From sequence record SRR31156797_3653: a stretch of 46,114 nucleotides of DNA. One strand, given 5' to 3'. Shown piece after piece: positions 7,956 to 17,461 of the stretch. Positions within the stretch are counted from its first letter, which is position 1. Each line of letters starts with the position of its first letter. Below the pieces are notes generated by a model, which did no database searches, was not told where the DNA came from, and saw only the letters and a list, made by a program, of their open reading frames with translations. Both the position numbers and the translations under genes were made by a program.

Positions 7956-10238
7956 GTGAACGAACGTCAAAAAGAACAACAACATATCAATGAGACCATT
8001 GCTCTGATCCACAGAGAACAAGCGATCCTTTCGCAGCAAAAACAAGAATTAGCCGCTAAAATGGATGATCAATTAAAAGAAATCGCCGATAAGAAAATTC
8101 GCGGAGGCGACAGTGAAGCCTTTTATGAATCAGTTATCGAGTACCAGCAGCATGAACAAGAACTGCTGATCAAGTATCAAACCGCAGAATCACAAGAAAA
8201 ACGCGTCAAAACCCTAACAACGATGGCAGGCAATCCCTACTTTGCTCGAATCGATTTCAAAGAAGAGCAAGAAACCGAGACCCTCTATTTAGGGATCGCT
8301 TCTTTACGAGACAAAGAGGAAGAAACGATCGTCATTGACTGGCGCGCACCGATCGCTAATCTTTACTATGAAGGAGAACTTGGTGAAACATTCTACGAAA
8401 CAGACACCGACCGTTTTACGGTAGAGCTGCTCTTAAAACGCCAGTTTAAAATTCAAAATGGTGAGATCTTATCGATGGTCGATACTTCGGAGATCATCAA
8501 TGACGAATTTTTATTGGAAATCTTGGATGAGGCCTCTTCTTCTCAAATGCGTAACATCGTTTCAACGATCCAAAAAGCACAGAACCAAATTATTCGTGAT
8601 ACCACCAATAAATTTTTACTGATCGAAGGGATTGCTGGAAGTGGGAAAACCTCTGCTTTATTGCAGCGGGTCGCCTTTTTACTTTACCGGAATCGCAAAT
8701 GGCTGGACGAAAAACAAGTCTTGCTGTTTTCACCCAATCATTTGTTTTCTGACTATATATCCATGGTCCTGCCTTCATTAGGGGAAAGTGAAGTGCCCAC
8801 AAGAACCTTCCACCATTTTATCCAATTGATTCTGACTGGCTATGAAGTAACAAAAGAAACCCAACAAGAAGAGAACTTTTTAAGCGGCGACGATGATGCC
8901 ATTGAAAAAATCAAAAGTAGTCTTTTCTTGGTGGAAAAAATCAACCGTTATGTCCGTTCGATTGCACCGATCGGCCCCTTGTTCCGTGATCTAAAAATCC
9001 AAGGGCAAACCTATTTGACAAAAGAACAGATTCGCCGCTGGTACCAAGAAACCAATCATGAATTGCCGATTTACCAAAGAACCCAACTGCTTCAAACAAA
9101 ATTATTAAAAAAAATCGGCGGCTTGGAAAAAGATGAAGCCAAAAAAGACTGGGTCAAAGAAGCGACCGAAGAGCAATTGCAACAAGTATTTACCAACGAT
9201 CCTCATCAAGAATACAGCGAAGAAAACGAACGCCGTTTGCGGAAGAAACTCAGACAGCAGATCGTCCGTAAGAAGTTCCGTTCCTTGACGCGGGGAGTGA
9301 AAAACTTTCAGTTTATCAACCAAGCCAAGCAATACTTACACTTTTTACAATCGGTTGAGTCTGCTGCAGTCAAAGAAACTGGCATCGAGGCTGCGGCTTG
9401 GCAGCAAAGTATTGCCAACATTCGCCAAGGAATGCGCCAAAGACAAATCAAACAAGAAGACGCCGTTTTGTTTTTCTTACTGATCAAACAGCTTTATCCT
9501 GTTCACGTCGAAGAAAAAGCTCGGTTTATCTTTATCGATGAAATGCAGGATTTTCCACCAGCACAAGTGGCTCTGCTGCGTCAGCTTTATCCAAAGGCTG
9601 GTATCACCCTGTGCGGCGATTTGAACCAAAAAGTTTATGGCAATGAAACGATCGTCGGAGCATTAGCAGAATTATTCCCCCACGAAAGCGTGAAACGTTA
9701 TCAATTGAAAACCAGCTATCGTTCGACTAAGGAAATCACAGATTTCGCCAATCAATTTTTAGTTGGCAGTGATCAAGTGGAATTGACGGCTCGTAAAGGT
9801 GCGGTACCAACAATTGTTAAAGGAACTGAATCTGAAAATCTGGCTTTCCTAGAAACCAGTATTCGAAAGGCAGCGGAGAATCAGCGTTGGCGCACCGCGA
9901 TCATTTGTAAAACCGCAAAGGATTGCCAGCAGTTATATGCCCAGCTGACAGAAACAATGCAGGAACAAGTGCAGCTGATCACCTCTGAAGAAGACTTCAT
10001 GAAACGCAATGTCATGATCTTCCCGGCCTTTTTAGCAAAAGGGCTAGAGTTTGACCAAGTATTTGTCTGGACACCAGGTGCCACTTTCGCGACTGAACAA
10101 GACCAATTGATTTTTTATACAATGGCGACACGGGCGATGCATCAGTTGACCGTCCTTACCCAAGAAGAATTGCCGCTTCTAGTGAAAGCTGATCCTGCCA
10201 CTTATCAGTTTCAAGAAGCATCACGGATTGACGAATAA
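7956..10238 (+). CDS. helD: RNA polymerase recycling motor ATPase HelD (SF1 helicase-like)
   Basis: PYFARIDF, IDWRAPIANLYY, IVSTIQ, Walker A GIAGSGKT, DEMQD, KGLEFD. Confidence 0.93.
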   Translation: MNERQKEQQHINETIALIHREQAILSQQKQELAAKMDDQLKEIADKKIRGGDSEAFYESVIEYQQHEQELLIKYQTAESQEKRVKTLTTMAGNPYFARIDFKEEQETETLYLGIASLRDKEEETIVIDWRAPIANLYYEGELGETFYETDTDRFTVELLLKRQFKIQNGEILSMVDTSEIINDEFLLEILDEASSSQMRNIVSTIQKAQNQIIRDTTNKFLLIEGIAGSGKTSALLQRVAFLLYRNRKWLDEKQVLLFSPNHLFSDYISMVLPSLGESEVPTRTFHHFIQLILTGYEVTKETQQEENFLSGDDDAIEKIKSSLFLVEKINRYVRSIAPIGPLFRDLKIQGQTYLTKEQIRRWYQETNHELPIYQRTQLLQTKLLKKIGGLEKDEAKKDWVKEATEEQLQQVFTNDPHQEYSEENERRLRKKLRQQIVRKKFRSLTRGVKNFQFINQAKQYLHFLQSVESAAVKETGIEAAAWQQSIANIRQGMRQRQIKQEDAVLFFLLIKQLYPVHVEEKARFIFIDEMQDFPPAQVALLRQLYPKAGITLCGDLNQKVYGNETIVGALAELFPHESVKRYQLKTSYRSTKEITDFANQFLVGSDQVELTARKGAVPTIVKGTESENLAFLETSIRKAAENQRWRTAIICKTAKDCQQLYAQLTETMQEQVQLITSEEDFMKRNVMIFPAFLAKGLEFDQVFVWTPGATFATEQDQLIFYTMATRAMHQLTVLTQEELPLLVKADPATYQFQEASRIDE

Positions 10239-10243
10239 CCTAA

Positions 10244-10300
10244 CAAAAAAACATCACTTTCGACTGATTCTCAAATGAAACCAGCCGATTGTGATGTTTT
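10244..10300. terminator. Bidirectional terminator between helD and the convergent gene
   Basis: AAAAAAACATCAC ... GTGATGTTTTT inverted repeat with A and T tails. Confidence 0.65.
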
Positions 10301-10960
10301 TTAGCCTTTTAATTCGCCAATAAATAAGCGGGTTTCTGGATAACGCATCCCAACGATTGTTAAAATCATCTGCAGCTCAGAAACGTGTTCCGGATCTTCT
10401 GGAACAAATAATTTTGTATGACGTCCGATACTGCCATTATCGATCAAACGATGGGTACGATTCCATTGACTAAATTCCTCGATCGTTGTAAAGCGACTAA
10501 GAGGAAAACCAGCACCGTCGAGAATTTCCGTCAATCGAAAAAGCACATAAGAACTATCGATTACCAATTCTTTTCTGTGAGGTAAAGCACGCGTTCGCTT
10601 ATAATCAATAATTGCTTTTTCTGGTCGGTGTTCTAAAAGCCAATCCAACAGCAAGAAGAACCCTTCCATTCGATAATCATCGATAAAGAGCCGTTCAGAG
10701 TATTCCGACATGCGAAAGACCAAAGGAATCAAGAATCGCTCTTTATAAATTAACAAGGGTGCGCGATCAACGACGACATTTAAATAACGATTCAAATAAG
10801 AAGAACCACGATAATCGCCTAGACGATACCCTTCCACCCCATACTTTTGATATTTCCGACAAAGAGCCGAGCAGTCAGAAATCGATACAGACACTTCTGC
10901 TAGCTTTTCAAAACCACTTAAGATTCGATTAAATGGCTCTAAAACGATTTTTTCTTCCAT
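10301..10960 (-). CDS. Hypothetical protein (219 aa)
   Basis: Long ORF with coding-like composition. Start at MEEK (ATG 10960) after a G-rich SD; TGtTATGAT extended -10 at 11006-10998. No family recognised. Confidence 0.75.
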   Translation of the reverse strand: MEEKIVLEPFNRILSGFEKLAEVSVSISDCSALCRKYQKYGVEGYRLGDYRGSSYLNRYLNVVVDRAPLLIYKERFLIPLVFRMSEYSERLFIDDYRMEGFFLLLDWLLEHRPEKAIIDYKRTRALPHRKELVIDSSYVLFRLTEILDGAGFPLSRFTTIEEFSQWNRTHRLIDNGSIGRHTKLFVPEDPEHVSELQMILTIVGMRYPETRLFIGELKG

Positions 10961-11128
10961 GTCTGCCCCCCTAACGAGTTGTTTGCTTATGTAGTAAATC
11001 ATAACATATAAAATGTCTGGAAACCAACTGAAAAGACGATGAATATTGAAGAATTTTCAAGAGAAGTGCTTCTCGCTCTCTTGTTTTTTCACTTGACTAA
11101 ACAACGGAAGGTTGATGAAAAAAACACC

Positions 11129-11164
11129 AAAAACTGGCAGCCAGATCACCTCTAGGCTGCCAGT
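11129..11164 (-). terminator. yebC terminator
   Basis: ACTGGCAGCC/GGCTGCCAGT stem followed by TTTT on the minus strand. Confidence 0.7.
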
Positions 11165-11169
11165 ATGTC

Positions 11170-11892
11170 TTATTCTTCAGCGTCTGCCACATTGTGATAG
11201 ACATTTTGAACATCTTCAAGATCTTCTAATACATCGATCATTTTTTCGAATTTTTCTAGATCATCGCCAGTCAAGGTTACTTCATTTTGAGGAATCATTT
11301 GCATTTCAGCAATTGAAAATTCGGTGATTCCTTTTTCTTTCAAGGCTTCCTGAATGGCATGGAAGTCACTTGGTTCACCGTGAACGATAATTTGTCCATC
11401 TTCTTCAACAACATCACGAACATCGATCTCCTTGTCCATCAAGTATTCTAAGATCTCATCAGCATCGTCACCAGCAAAGCCAAATAATGCTGTGTTATCA
11501 AACATATAAGCAACTGCCCCAGAAACACCCATATTCCCGCCGTTTTTACCAAAAGCGGCCCGAACATCGGCTGCGGTACGGTTGACGTTGTTTGTCAAAG
11601 TATCGACGATCACCATTGATCCATTTGGTCCAAATCCTTCATATCGAAGTTCTGAGTATTGTTCATCGCCAGAACCTTTGGCTTTTTCAATCGCACGGTC
11701 AATAATGTGTTTTGGCACATTGTAGGTTTTCGCACGTTCGATAACAAAGCGTAATTTTTGGTTCGCGTGAGGATCAGGATCACCCGATTTTGCTGCTGCG
11801 TAGATTTCGATTCCAAATTTTGCATAAACTCGGCTATTGTTTGCATCTTTAGCAGTTTTTTTCGCTACGATATTTGCCCATTTACGACCCAT
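11170..11892 (-). CDS. yebC: YebC/PmpR (TACO1) family protein, YeeN-type
   Basis: [37 protein letters not shown]. Confidence 0.95.
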   Translation of the reverse strand: MGRKWANIVAKKTAKDANNSRVYAKFGIEIYAAAKSGDPDPHANQKLRFVIERAKTYNVPKHIIDRAIEKAKGSGDEQYSELRYEGFGPNGSMVIVDTLTNNVNRTAADVRAAFGKNGGNMGVSGAVAYMFDNTALFGFAGDDADEILEYLMDKEIDVRDVVEEDGQIIVHGEPSDFHAIQEALKEKGITEFSIAEMQMIPQNEVTLTGDDLEKFEKMIDVLEDLEDVQNVYHNVADAEE

Positions 11893-11971
11893 GATTTCAC
11901 TTCGCTTTCTTGTTTTTAAAAATCCTTATTCATTATACTTGTCAAATGGCGTTCTGTGAAGTAATTTTCAC

Positions 11972-13144
11972 TTATTTATCAATAAAAAGCGGAATTCTTC
12001 GAAAATTTTGTTCTGTGATTTGAGGATTCCCTTGCTGATAGATCTGGTCGATCCGCAATGACAAGCCGTAGCGCTGTGCTTCTTTCTTACCGAATTTAGC
12101 GATCAGCGGAAGGGTCAGCTCTTTTTTGACTTCTTTTAAATAGTGCTGCCCTTGCTTTGTATAGCCTAAGACTCGAATAAAGGGATGTGCTTGGGCTTCC
12201 TTCATTTCAGCTTTTGTCACTTGGAACAATACATAACAAGCAAGACGCTGCAGTCTCGTTTGGGTATAGCGTTTTGTCTTTAACAACTTGATAAAATCTG
12301 CAAACGAATCCGCCGCAGTCACATATTGTTTTAGTCGATATTCTAGTCCTTCTTCCATCTGGTAAATAGCAGCTAATTTTTCGAGGGGGGCAGAAATGAT
12401 CTGGTATTGAAGATACGGCCAAAAGGTTTCCCAGTCGACTGTTGTTTGCGAAAGAAATTTTTGTGTTGCTTCAGGAACAAAATCCACAACAGCTTCACCT
12501 TGTTTGAGACCTTGACGAATGGCTGTGGCACTAGCGATCGTTGGATGCTCAAATTGTTCTGAATGATAAGAGGCCGCAATTCGTTGGATGGGAACAAGCC
12601 TCATTGGTTTTTCATAACACAACACTTCCCGTGCATACGCCATACCCAACAGATGATTCGGCTGGTCTTTTTCTGCATGGTACTCAGGATAAAGCTCACT
12701 GAGGACCATACTCATTTTTTGACTATAGGTAGCATTTTGCCTAGCTATGCGTTGAAATGCGTCATCGATCATCCGCTGATTTTCTTTTTCAAACTGAGCG
12801 AACTTTGCATAGTCAAAGGGTTGTTTCGCATCTGTTCCAAAACACAAAGAATCACATTGCAGATTTTGTAAGATCCTAATCGCTCCCGCTGCAAAAAAAT
12901 CAGCAGACTGGACGGCCCAAGCGGATGGCAGTTCAACGACCAAATCGACGCCATTTTGCAATGCCGCTTGGGCTCGATGCCATTTATCGATGATTGCTGG
13001 TTCGCCACGCTGTAAAAAATTCCCACTCATCACGGCTACAATGACATCAGCGTTGGTTTCTTGCCTGGCTTTGTCCACATGGTATTGGTGGCCATGGTGA
13101 AAAGGGTTATATTCTACGACTAGTCCGCAAGCCTTCATCGACAT
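11972..13144 (-). CDS. tmcAL: tRNA(Met) cytidine acetate ligase (YlbM)
   Basis: VEYNPFHHGH, MSGNFLQRGEPA, PNHLLG, ASATAIR, KTKRYT.RLQR. Confidence 0.92.
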   Translation of the reverse strand: MSMKACGLVVEYNPFHHGHQYHVDKARQETNADVIVAVMSGNFLQRGEPAIIDKWHRAQAALQNGVDLVVELPSAWAVQSADFFAAGAIRILQNLQCDSLCFGTDAKQPFDYAKFAQFEKENQRMIDDAFQRIARQNATYSQKMSMVLSELYPEYHAEKDQPNHLLGMAYAREVLCYEKPMRLVPIQRIAASYHSEQFEHPTIASATAIRQGLKQGEAVVDFVPEATQKFLSQTTVDWETFWPYLQYQIISAPLEKLAAIYQMEEGLEYRLKQYVTAADSFADFIKLLKTKRYTQTRLQRLACYVLFQVTKAEMKEAQAHPFIRVLGYTKQGQHYLKEVKKELTLPLIAKFGKKEAQRYGLSLRIDQIYQQGNPQITEQNFRRIPLFIDK

Positions 13145-13165
13145 CCCTCCTGTTTTACATAACGG

Positions 13166-13894
13166 TTACTTATGGCAGACAAAAAACCAGCGACGGCTTT
13201 TTTCATTTGGTTTTGTATCGATAAAATCAGCGTAGCATTCAACATTAGCAAAACCAGCATTTTCTAACATTCTTAAATAGCTTTCGAGAGGATAGGTTCT
13301 TTCTTGATGAAGCTCATCTAAGCGTTCAAACAACCCATTCTCTTGTGCAACAAAAAAGGTCAAGAAATGTTCAATGCTATGGTCTTTTTCTCCTTGATAG
13401 CTTTCCCAAAGAAAGGCAAATTCATCCGTCTGGTAATGGTAGCTATAATCAGGAAACACTTCATTGATTTGATATAAGGAATGCACATCAAATAAAAAGA
13501 CGCCATCTTCTTCTAAACAACTGTAAACACCATCAAACACTTGCTGCACACTCTGCTCATCTTCCATGTAGCAAAGAGAGTCAGAATAGCAAGTAATAGC
13601 TTGATAGGTGCCAATATCTACGAGATCCAGCATGTCACCCGCAACAAATTGCACAGCCGCCTCTTCTTTTTCAGCCCGTTGACTAGCGATCATCAGCATC
13701 TCTTCTGAAAGATCTAACCCAGTCACATCAAAACCAGCCTTGGCAAATTCAACGGCTAACGCACCGGTTCCACAAGCCAATTCTAACAGCTGTTTTCTTT
13801 TTCCTAAATGACGACAAGAAAAATCCAGCCACTTTTTATAGAGACTGGAATCCATTACTTCGTCATAGACAAATGCGAAGGTTTCGTAAGCCAT
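13166..13894 (-). CDS. Class I SAM-dependent methyltransferase (YqeM-like)
   Basis: YETFAFVYD, ELACGTG, DLSEEML. Start at MAYETF, overlapping the rsfS stop. Confidence 0.9.
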   Translation of the reverse strand: MAYETFAFVYDEVMDSSLYKKWLDFSCRHLGKRKQLLELACGTGALAVEFAKAGFDVTGLDLSEEMLMIASQRAEKEEAAVQFVAGDMLDLVDIGTYQAITCYSDSLCYMEDEQSVQQVFDGVYSCLEEDGVFLFDVHSLYQINEVFPDYSYHYQTDEFAFLWESYQGEKDHSIEHFLTFFVAQENGLFERLDELHQERTYPLESYLRMLENAGFANVECYADFIDTKPNEKSRRWFFVCHK

Positions 13895-14250
13895 TACGCC
13901 ACGACCCATTCATTAAGATCCACAAGCGGCGCATCAGACCATAATTTTTCTAGGTTGTAAAAAGCACGTTCTGAGGCACTGAATACGTGAACGATTACGT
14001 CACCTAAGTCGATCAAGACCCATTTTCCACCATCTTTTCCTTCGACACGGCGAACAGATACTTGACTTTCTTCTTCTTTATCGATGACTTCATCAATGAT
14101 CGCATTGATTTGACGTTCACTATTTCCTGAACAGATCACAAAGTAATCTGCTAGCAAAGAGATTTCCCGCACATCTAATGCCATAATATCTTCGGCATGT
14201 TTTGAATCGGCGGCTTTTACAGCAATTTCTAATATTTTCTGACTATCTAT
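13894..14250 (-). CDS. rsfS: Ribosome silencing factor RsfS (Iojap), probable AUA start
   Basis: ADYFVICSGNSERQI, WVLIDLGDVIVHVF, FYNLEKLW. The conserved N-terminus (KILEIAVKAADSKHAEDI) extends 22 codons upstream of the first ATG to an ATA codon 8 nt after SD AGGAGG. Confidence 0.92.
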   Translation of the reverse strand: MDSQKILEIAVKAADSKHAEDIMALDVREISLLADYFVICSGNSERQINAIIDEVIDKEEESQVSVRRVEGKDGGKWVLIDLGDVIVHVFSASERAFYNLEKLWSDAPLVDLNEWVVA

Positions 14251-14846
14251 GGTAATTCCCTCCTATATTTGGCTACCCAAAAATTGTAGGTTTCGATCGT
14301 TTTTGGGTAGATAACTGCTTCTGTTTCGATCAAATGAAGCAAGGTATGTTTCGTTTCGTAAGCAACAGCGGCATCTAAGTCGATCATTGCGATTTCCCTA
14401 GCCTCAACGACTCCAGGAAACGTACGCCCGGGTTCGATATAATCTGCCACATAGATGATTTTATCTAGTAGGCTCATCTTGGCAGCTCCGGTTGTGTGCA
14501 AACGGATCGCTTGTAAGATTTCATCATCATCGATCTCTAATTCTCGTTGAACGAAATCAGCACCGACGAGTCCATGCCAGATAGCATTGTTCCAGTTCAA
14601 GAGATCCAATTCAAATCCATCTCTACGAATGACTAATCGAAATTCTTCATCGCTGCGTTCTTTGGCATAATCATGAGTCAAAGCAGCGATGCTGGCTTTG
14701 ACCGGTGAAGCGCCATATTTTTCCGCAAGGGCAACGGCCGTTTTTTCGACACCTAACACATGCTCAAAGCGCTTTTGACTCATCTGCATTTGGACCTTTT
14801 GCATCAAAAGTTCCCGTTCTGCTTGTGTGTAGTGTTCACTCTTCAT
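14247..14846 (-). CDS. yqeK: Ap4A symmetrical hydrolase YqeK (HD domain)
   Basis: RFEHVLGV, HDYAK, WHGLVG, HTTG, ADYIEPGR. Start reassigned to MKSEHY (14846). Confidence 0.93.
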   Translation of the reverse strand: MKSEHYTQAERELLMQKVQMQMSQKRFEHVLGVEKTAVALAEKYGASPVKASIAALTHDYAKERSDEEFRLVIRRDGFELDLLNWNNAIWHGLVGADFVQRELEIDDDEILQAIRLHTTGAAKMSLLDKIIYVADYIEPGRTFPGVVEAREIAMIDLDAAVAYETKHTLLHLIETEAVIYPKTIETYNFWVAKYRRELP

Positions 14847-15477
14847 CCAAGTACAACCCCTTTTCTTGAATATAGTGTAACACATTATCAGGCAATAAGT
14901 AGCGAACCGAACAACCTTGTTGCACTTTTTTACGAATTGTTGTTGAGCTGACATCCATTAGAGGAATATCGATCCAAATAATCGGGTATGGGCTATCGAT
15001 CGGCACTTCCGGGCGGCGAACCCCCACAAAAGTTACCAATTCCATCAGCTCATCGATTTGATGCCATTTTGGTAAATAGTTCACCATATCCCCGCCAATG
15101 ATAAAATAATAATTAGTATCTGGATTCTTAGCTGTCAATTCCCGCATCGTATCAACCGTATAACTCTTACCTTTTCGTTCCAACTCAATGGTCTCTACAG
15201 CAAATCGCGGATTATCGGCGATCGCCAACTTCAACATCGCTAAACGATGCTCAGCGGGAATTGTCTTTTTCTCATCAACATGAGGCGGTAAATACTCAGG
15301 CATGAAATAAACTTTATCCAGCCCTAATGCTTGCCCTACTTGCTCACCCATGACCAGATGTGCGTAGTGTACTGGATTAAAATTTCCACCAAGAATGCCC
15401 ACTTGCTTTTTCGGTACAAGTTCTTGTGTTTGTGTCTCTAAAACCGTTTGTACCTTTCCAAATGTTTGTCCTTGCAT
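14836..15477 (-). CDS. nadD: Nicotinate-nucleotide adenylyltransferase
   Basis: GGNFNPVHYAHL, SYTVDT, FIIGGD, VSSTTIR. Confidence 0.96.
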   Translation of the reverse strand: MQGQTFGKVQTVLETQTQELVPKKQVGILGGNFNPVHYAHLVMGEQVGQALGLDKVYFMPEYLPPHVDEKKTIPAEHRLAMLKLAIADNPRFAVETIELERKGKSYTVDTMRELTAKNPDTNYYFIIGGDMVNYLPKWHQIDELMELVTFVGVRRPEVPIDSPYPIIWIDIPLMDVSSTTIRKKVQQGCSVRYLLPDNVLHYIQEKGLYLDEE

Positions 15478-15489
15478 GCCTTCTCCCTC

Positions 15490-15801
15490 CTAAATTGAAC
15501 GAACTTTGCTTGAAATCGTTTGGTATTTTTCTTTACTAGACGGTTTGAATAAAACGATCACTCGTCCGATGATCTGAACCACTTCACAGCCAACTTTCTC
15601 AAGGATCGTTTCAGCTGCTTCGTCAGCAACCTCATCGGTATTTTGGAGTAATGAGACTTTGATCAATTCTCGTTTTTCTAGTGCTTCTTCAATTTGCGCC
15701 ATCATCGCGTCATTCAAGCCGCCTTTGCCGATTTGAAAAATCGGGTTTAGATGGTGCGCTTCACTTCGTAAAAATCTTTTTTGTTTTCCTCGTAAGTCCA
15801 T
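15490..15801 (-). CDS. yhbY: Ribosome assembly RNA-binding protein YhbY (CRM domain)
   Basis: LRSEAHHLNPIFQIGKGG, RELIKV, QIIG. Confidence 0.94.
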   Translation of the reverse strand: MDLRGKQKRFLRSEAHHLNPIFQIGKGGLNDAMMAQIEEALEKRELIKVSLLQNTDEVADEAAETILEKVGCEVVQIIGRVIVLFKPSSKEKYQTISSKVRSI

Positions 15802-15816
15802 AATCTTCCTTCTTCC

Positions 15817-16935
15817 TTATACTAATGCTTTACGTCTAAGCACATCGACACCTTTTGGCGCCCACCCGGCGATGACACATGGTTTGGTGATCGTGATCCA
15901 GCCAAGTCCAGCAAAAACGATATCGGTTTTTTCTTTGATTGAAAATTCGAAACGGACGAGTTCAGGAAAATCCGCCACTTCATCTGCTCGTGGCGGCTGC
16001 AGCAGCCCACCAACATGTTTCTCATAAAATTCATCGGCTTTACTTAATTTGGTCCGATGGATCGCTACATCATTCGCTACATAGGCAACAAACGAACTTC
16101 GTTCTCCTTGTATGAAATCAAAACGGGCAAGTCCCCCTAAGAACAAGGTTTGTTCAGGGTTCAATTGATACACTTTCGGTTTAATTTCTTTGGCTGGTGC
16201 CACGATTTTCAGATCTTTTTTACCTAAATAGTGTGCCATTTGATGACGATGAATGATTCCTGGTGTGTCGATCAAAAAGTGCCCGTCGTCCAATGGAATC
16301 TCAATTTTATCCAATGTAGTTCCAGGAAATCGCGAAGTGGTGATCAGCTCGTTGATCCCTGCTGTTTGTTTGATGATTTGATTGATCAATGTTGATTTTC
16401 CAACATTCGTCACACCAACCACATACACATCACGACCTTCACGATACGTTTCGATCGCTTGTAGCAACGCTTGGGTTTCACCCGGTTTCTTGGCACTCGT
16501 CAACAATACATCGACGGGTCTTAAACCGACTTCGTAAGCCCGTTCCTTCATCCATTGGGTCATTTTCGATTTTTTCAAAGATTTCGGTAAAATATCCACC
16601 TTGTTGCCCACTAATAAAACAGGATTATCACCAACAAAGCGGTGCAGTCCTGGGATCAATGAACCATTAAAGTCAAAAATATCGACGACATTAACGATCA
16701 AGGCGTTTTTTTCCCCGATTTCATTCAGCAAACGTAGGAAATCATCGTCTGTCAGCGCGACATCTTGGATCTCATTGTAATGGCGCAAGCGGAAGCAGCG
16801 TTGACAATAGACTTCTCCTGATTCAAGTCCTTTTTCTAATGCAGATTGCGGGGTGTACCCCAATTCGTTAGGATTTGTTGTTTGAATCAATGCCCCGCAG
16901 CCGATACAGTGAATTTGTTCGATTCCTTCTGTCAT
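15817..16935 (-). CDS. yqeH: Ribosome biogenesis GTPase YqeH
   Basis: CIGCG/CQRC zinc finger, NKVD, GVTNVGKS, DTPG. Start at MTEG after SD GGAGG. Confidence 0.96.
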   Translation of the reverse strand: MTEGIEQIHCIGCGALIQTTNPNELGYTPQSALEKGLESGEVYCQRCFRLRHYNEIQDVALTDDDFLRLLNEIGEKNALIVNVVDIFDFNGSLIPGLHRFVGDNPVLLVGNKVDILPKSLKKSKMTQWMKERAYEVGLRPVDVLLTSAKKPGETQALLQAIETYREGRDVYVVGVTNVGKSTLINQIIKQTAGINELITTSRFPGTTLDKIEIPLDDGHFLIDTPGIIHRHQMAHYLGKKDLKIVAPAKEIKPKVYQLNPEQTLFLGGLARFDFIQGERSSFVAYVANDVAIHRTKLSKADEFYEKHVGGLLQPPRADEVADFPELVRFEFSIKEKTDIVFAGLGWITITKPCVIAGWAPKGVDVLRRKALV

Positions 16936-16936
16936 A

Positions 16937-17461
16937 TTAAATTCCTCCACGCCATTTTAACTCTGGGTTGTGTTTCAATAAATAGTTCATGATTTTTCTT
17001 TCTGCTGCTCGATTAAACTGGGTTTTCCAAGAATCCGTTGGGATCACTGGTTTCACTAGAATGCTGCGAACACCAGCACGATTGGCACCTCGTACATCCG
17101 TCATAATCTGATCGCCGATCATGACAACCTCTTCTTTTTTCAAGCCTAATTGCTGATACCCTTGTTTGATCCCTCTTGAAAAAGGTTTTAATGCGCGGTG
17201 TACGTACTTTAAACCAAAAGGCGCAACAGCCCGTGCCACGCGTTCACTATTGTTGTTAGAAACGACAATCACCGGTATGCCAGCGTTTTTCATTTCCAAT
17301 AACCAGTTTTTTAATTCTTCGGTTCCATTAGGATTATTCCAAGCAATCAAGGTATTATCAAGATCGGTCAAAATCCCTTTGATCCCCTGTGCCTTTAGTT
17401 GGCTAGGGGTGATTTTATAAATCGCATCGACCATCCAAGTCGGTTTATAATTTGAAAACAT
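16937..17461 (-). CDS. yqeG: HAD IIIA-type phosphatase YqeG
   Basis: DLDNTL, VSNN, KP, GDQIMTD motifs; first gene of the operon. Confidence 0.94.
   Translation of the reverse strand: MFSNYKPTWMVDAIYKITPSQLKAQGIKGILTDLDNTLIAWNNPNGTEELKNWLLEMKNAGIPVIVVSNNNSERVARAVAPFGLKYVHRALKPFSRGIKQGYQQLGLKKEEVVMIGDQIMTDVRGANRAGVRSILVKPVIPTDSWKTQFNRAAERKIMNYLLKHNPELKWRGGI

Noticed and set aside
7900-7960. Convergent antisense promoter or rifamycin-associated element at helD
   Set aside because: Only a lone TAAAAT with no -35 on the minus strand, and no convincing palindrome.
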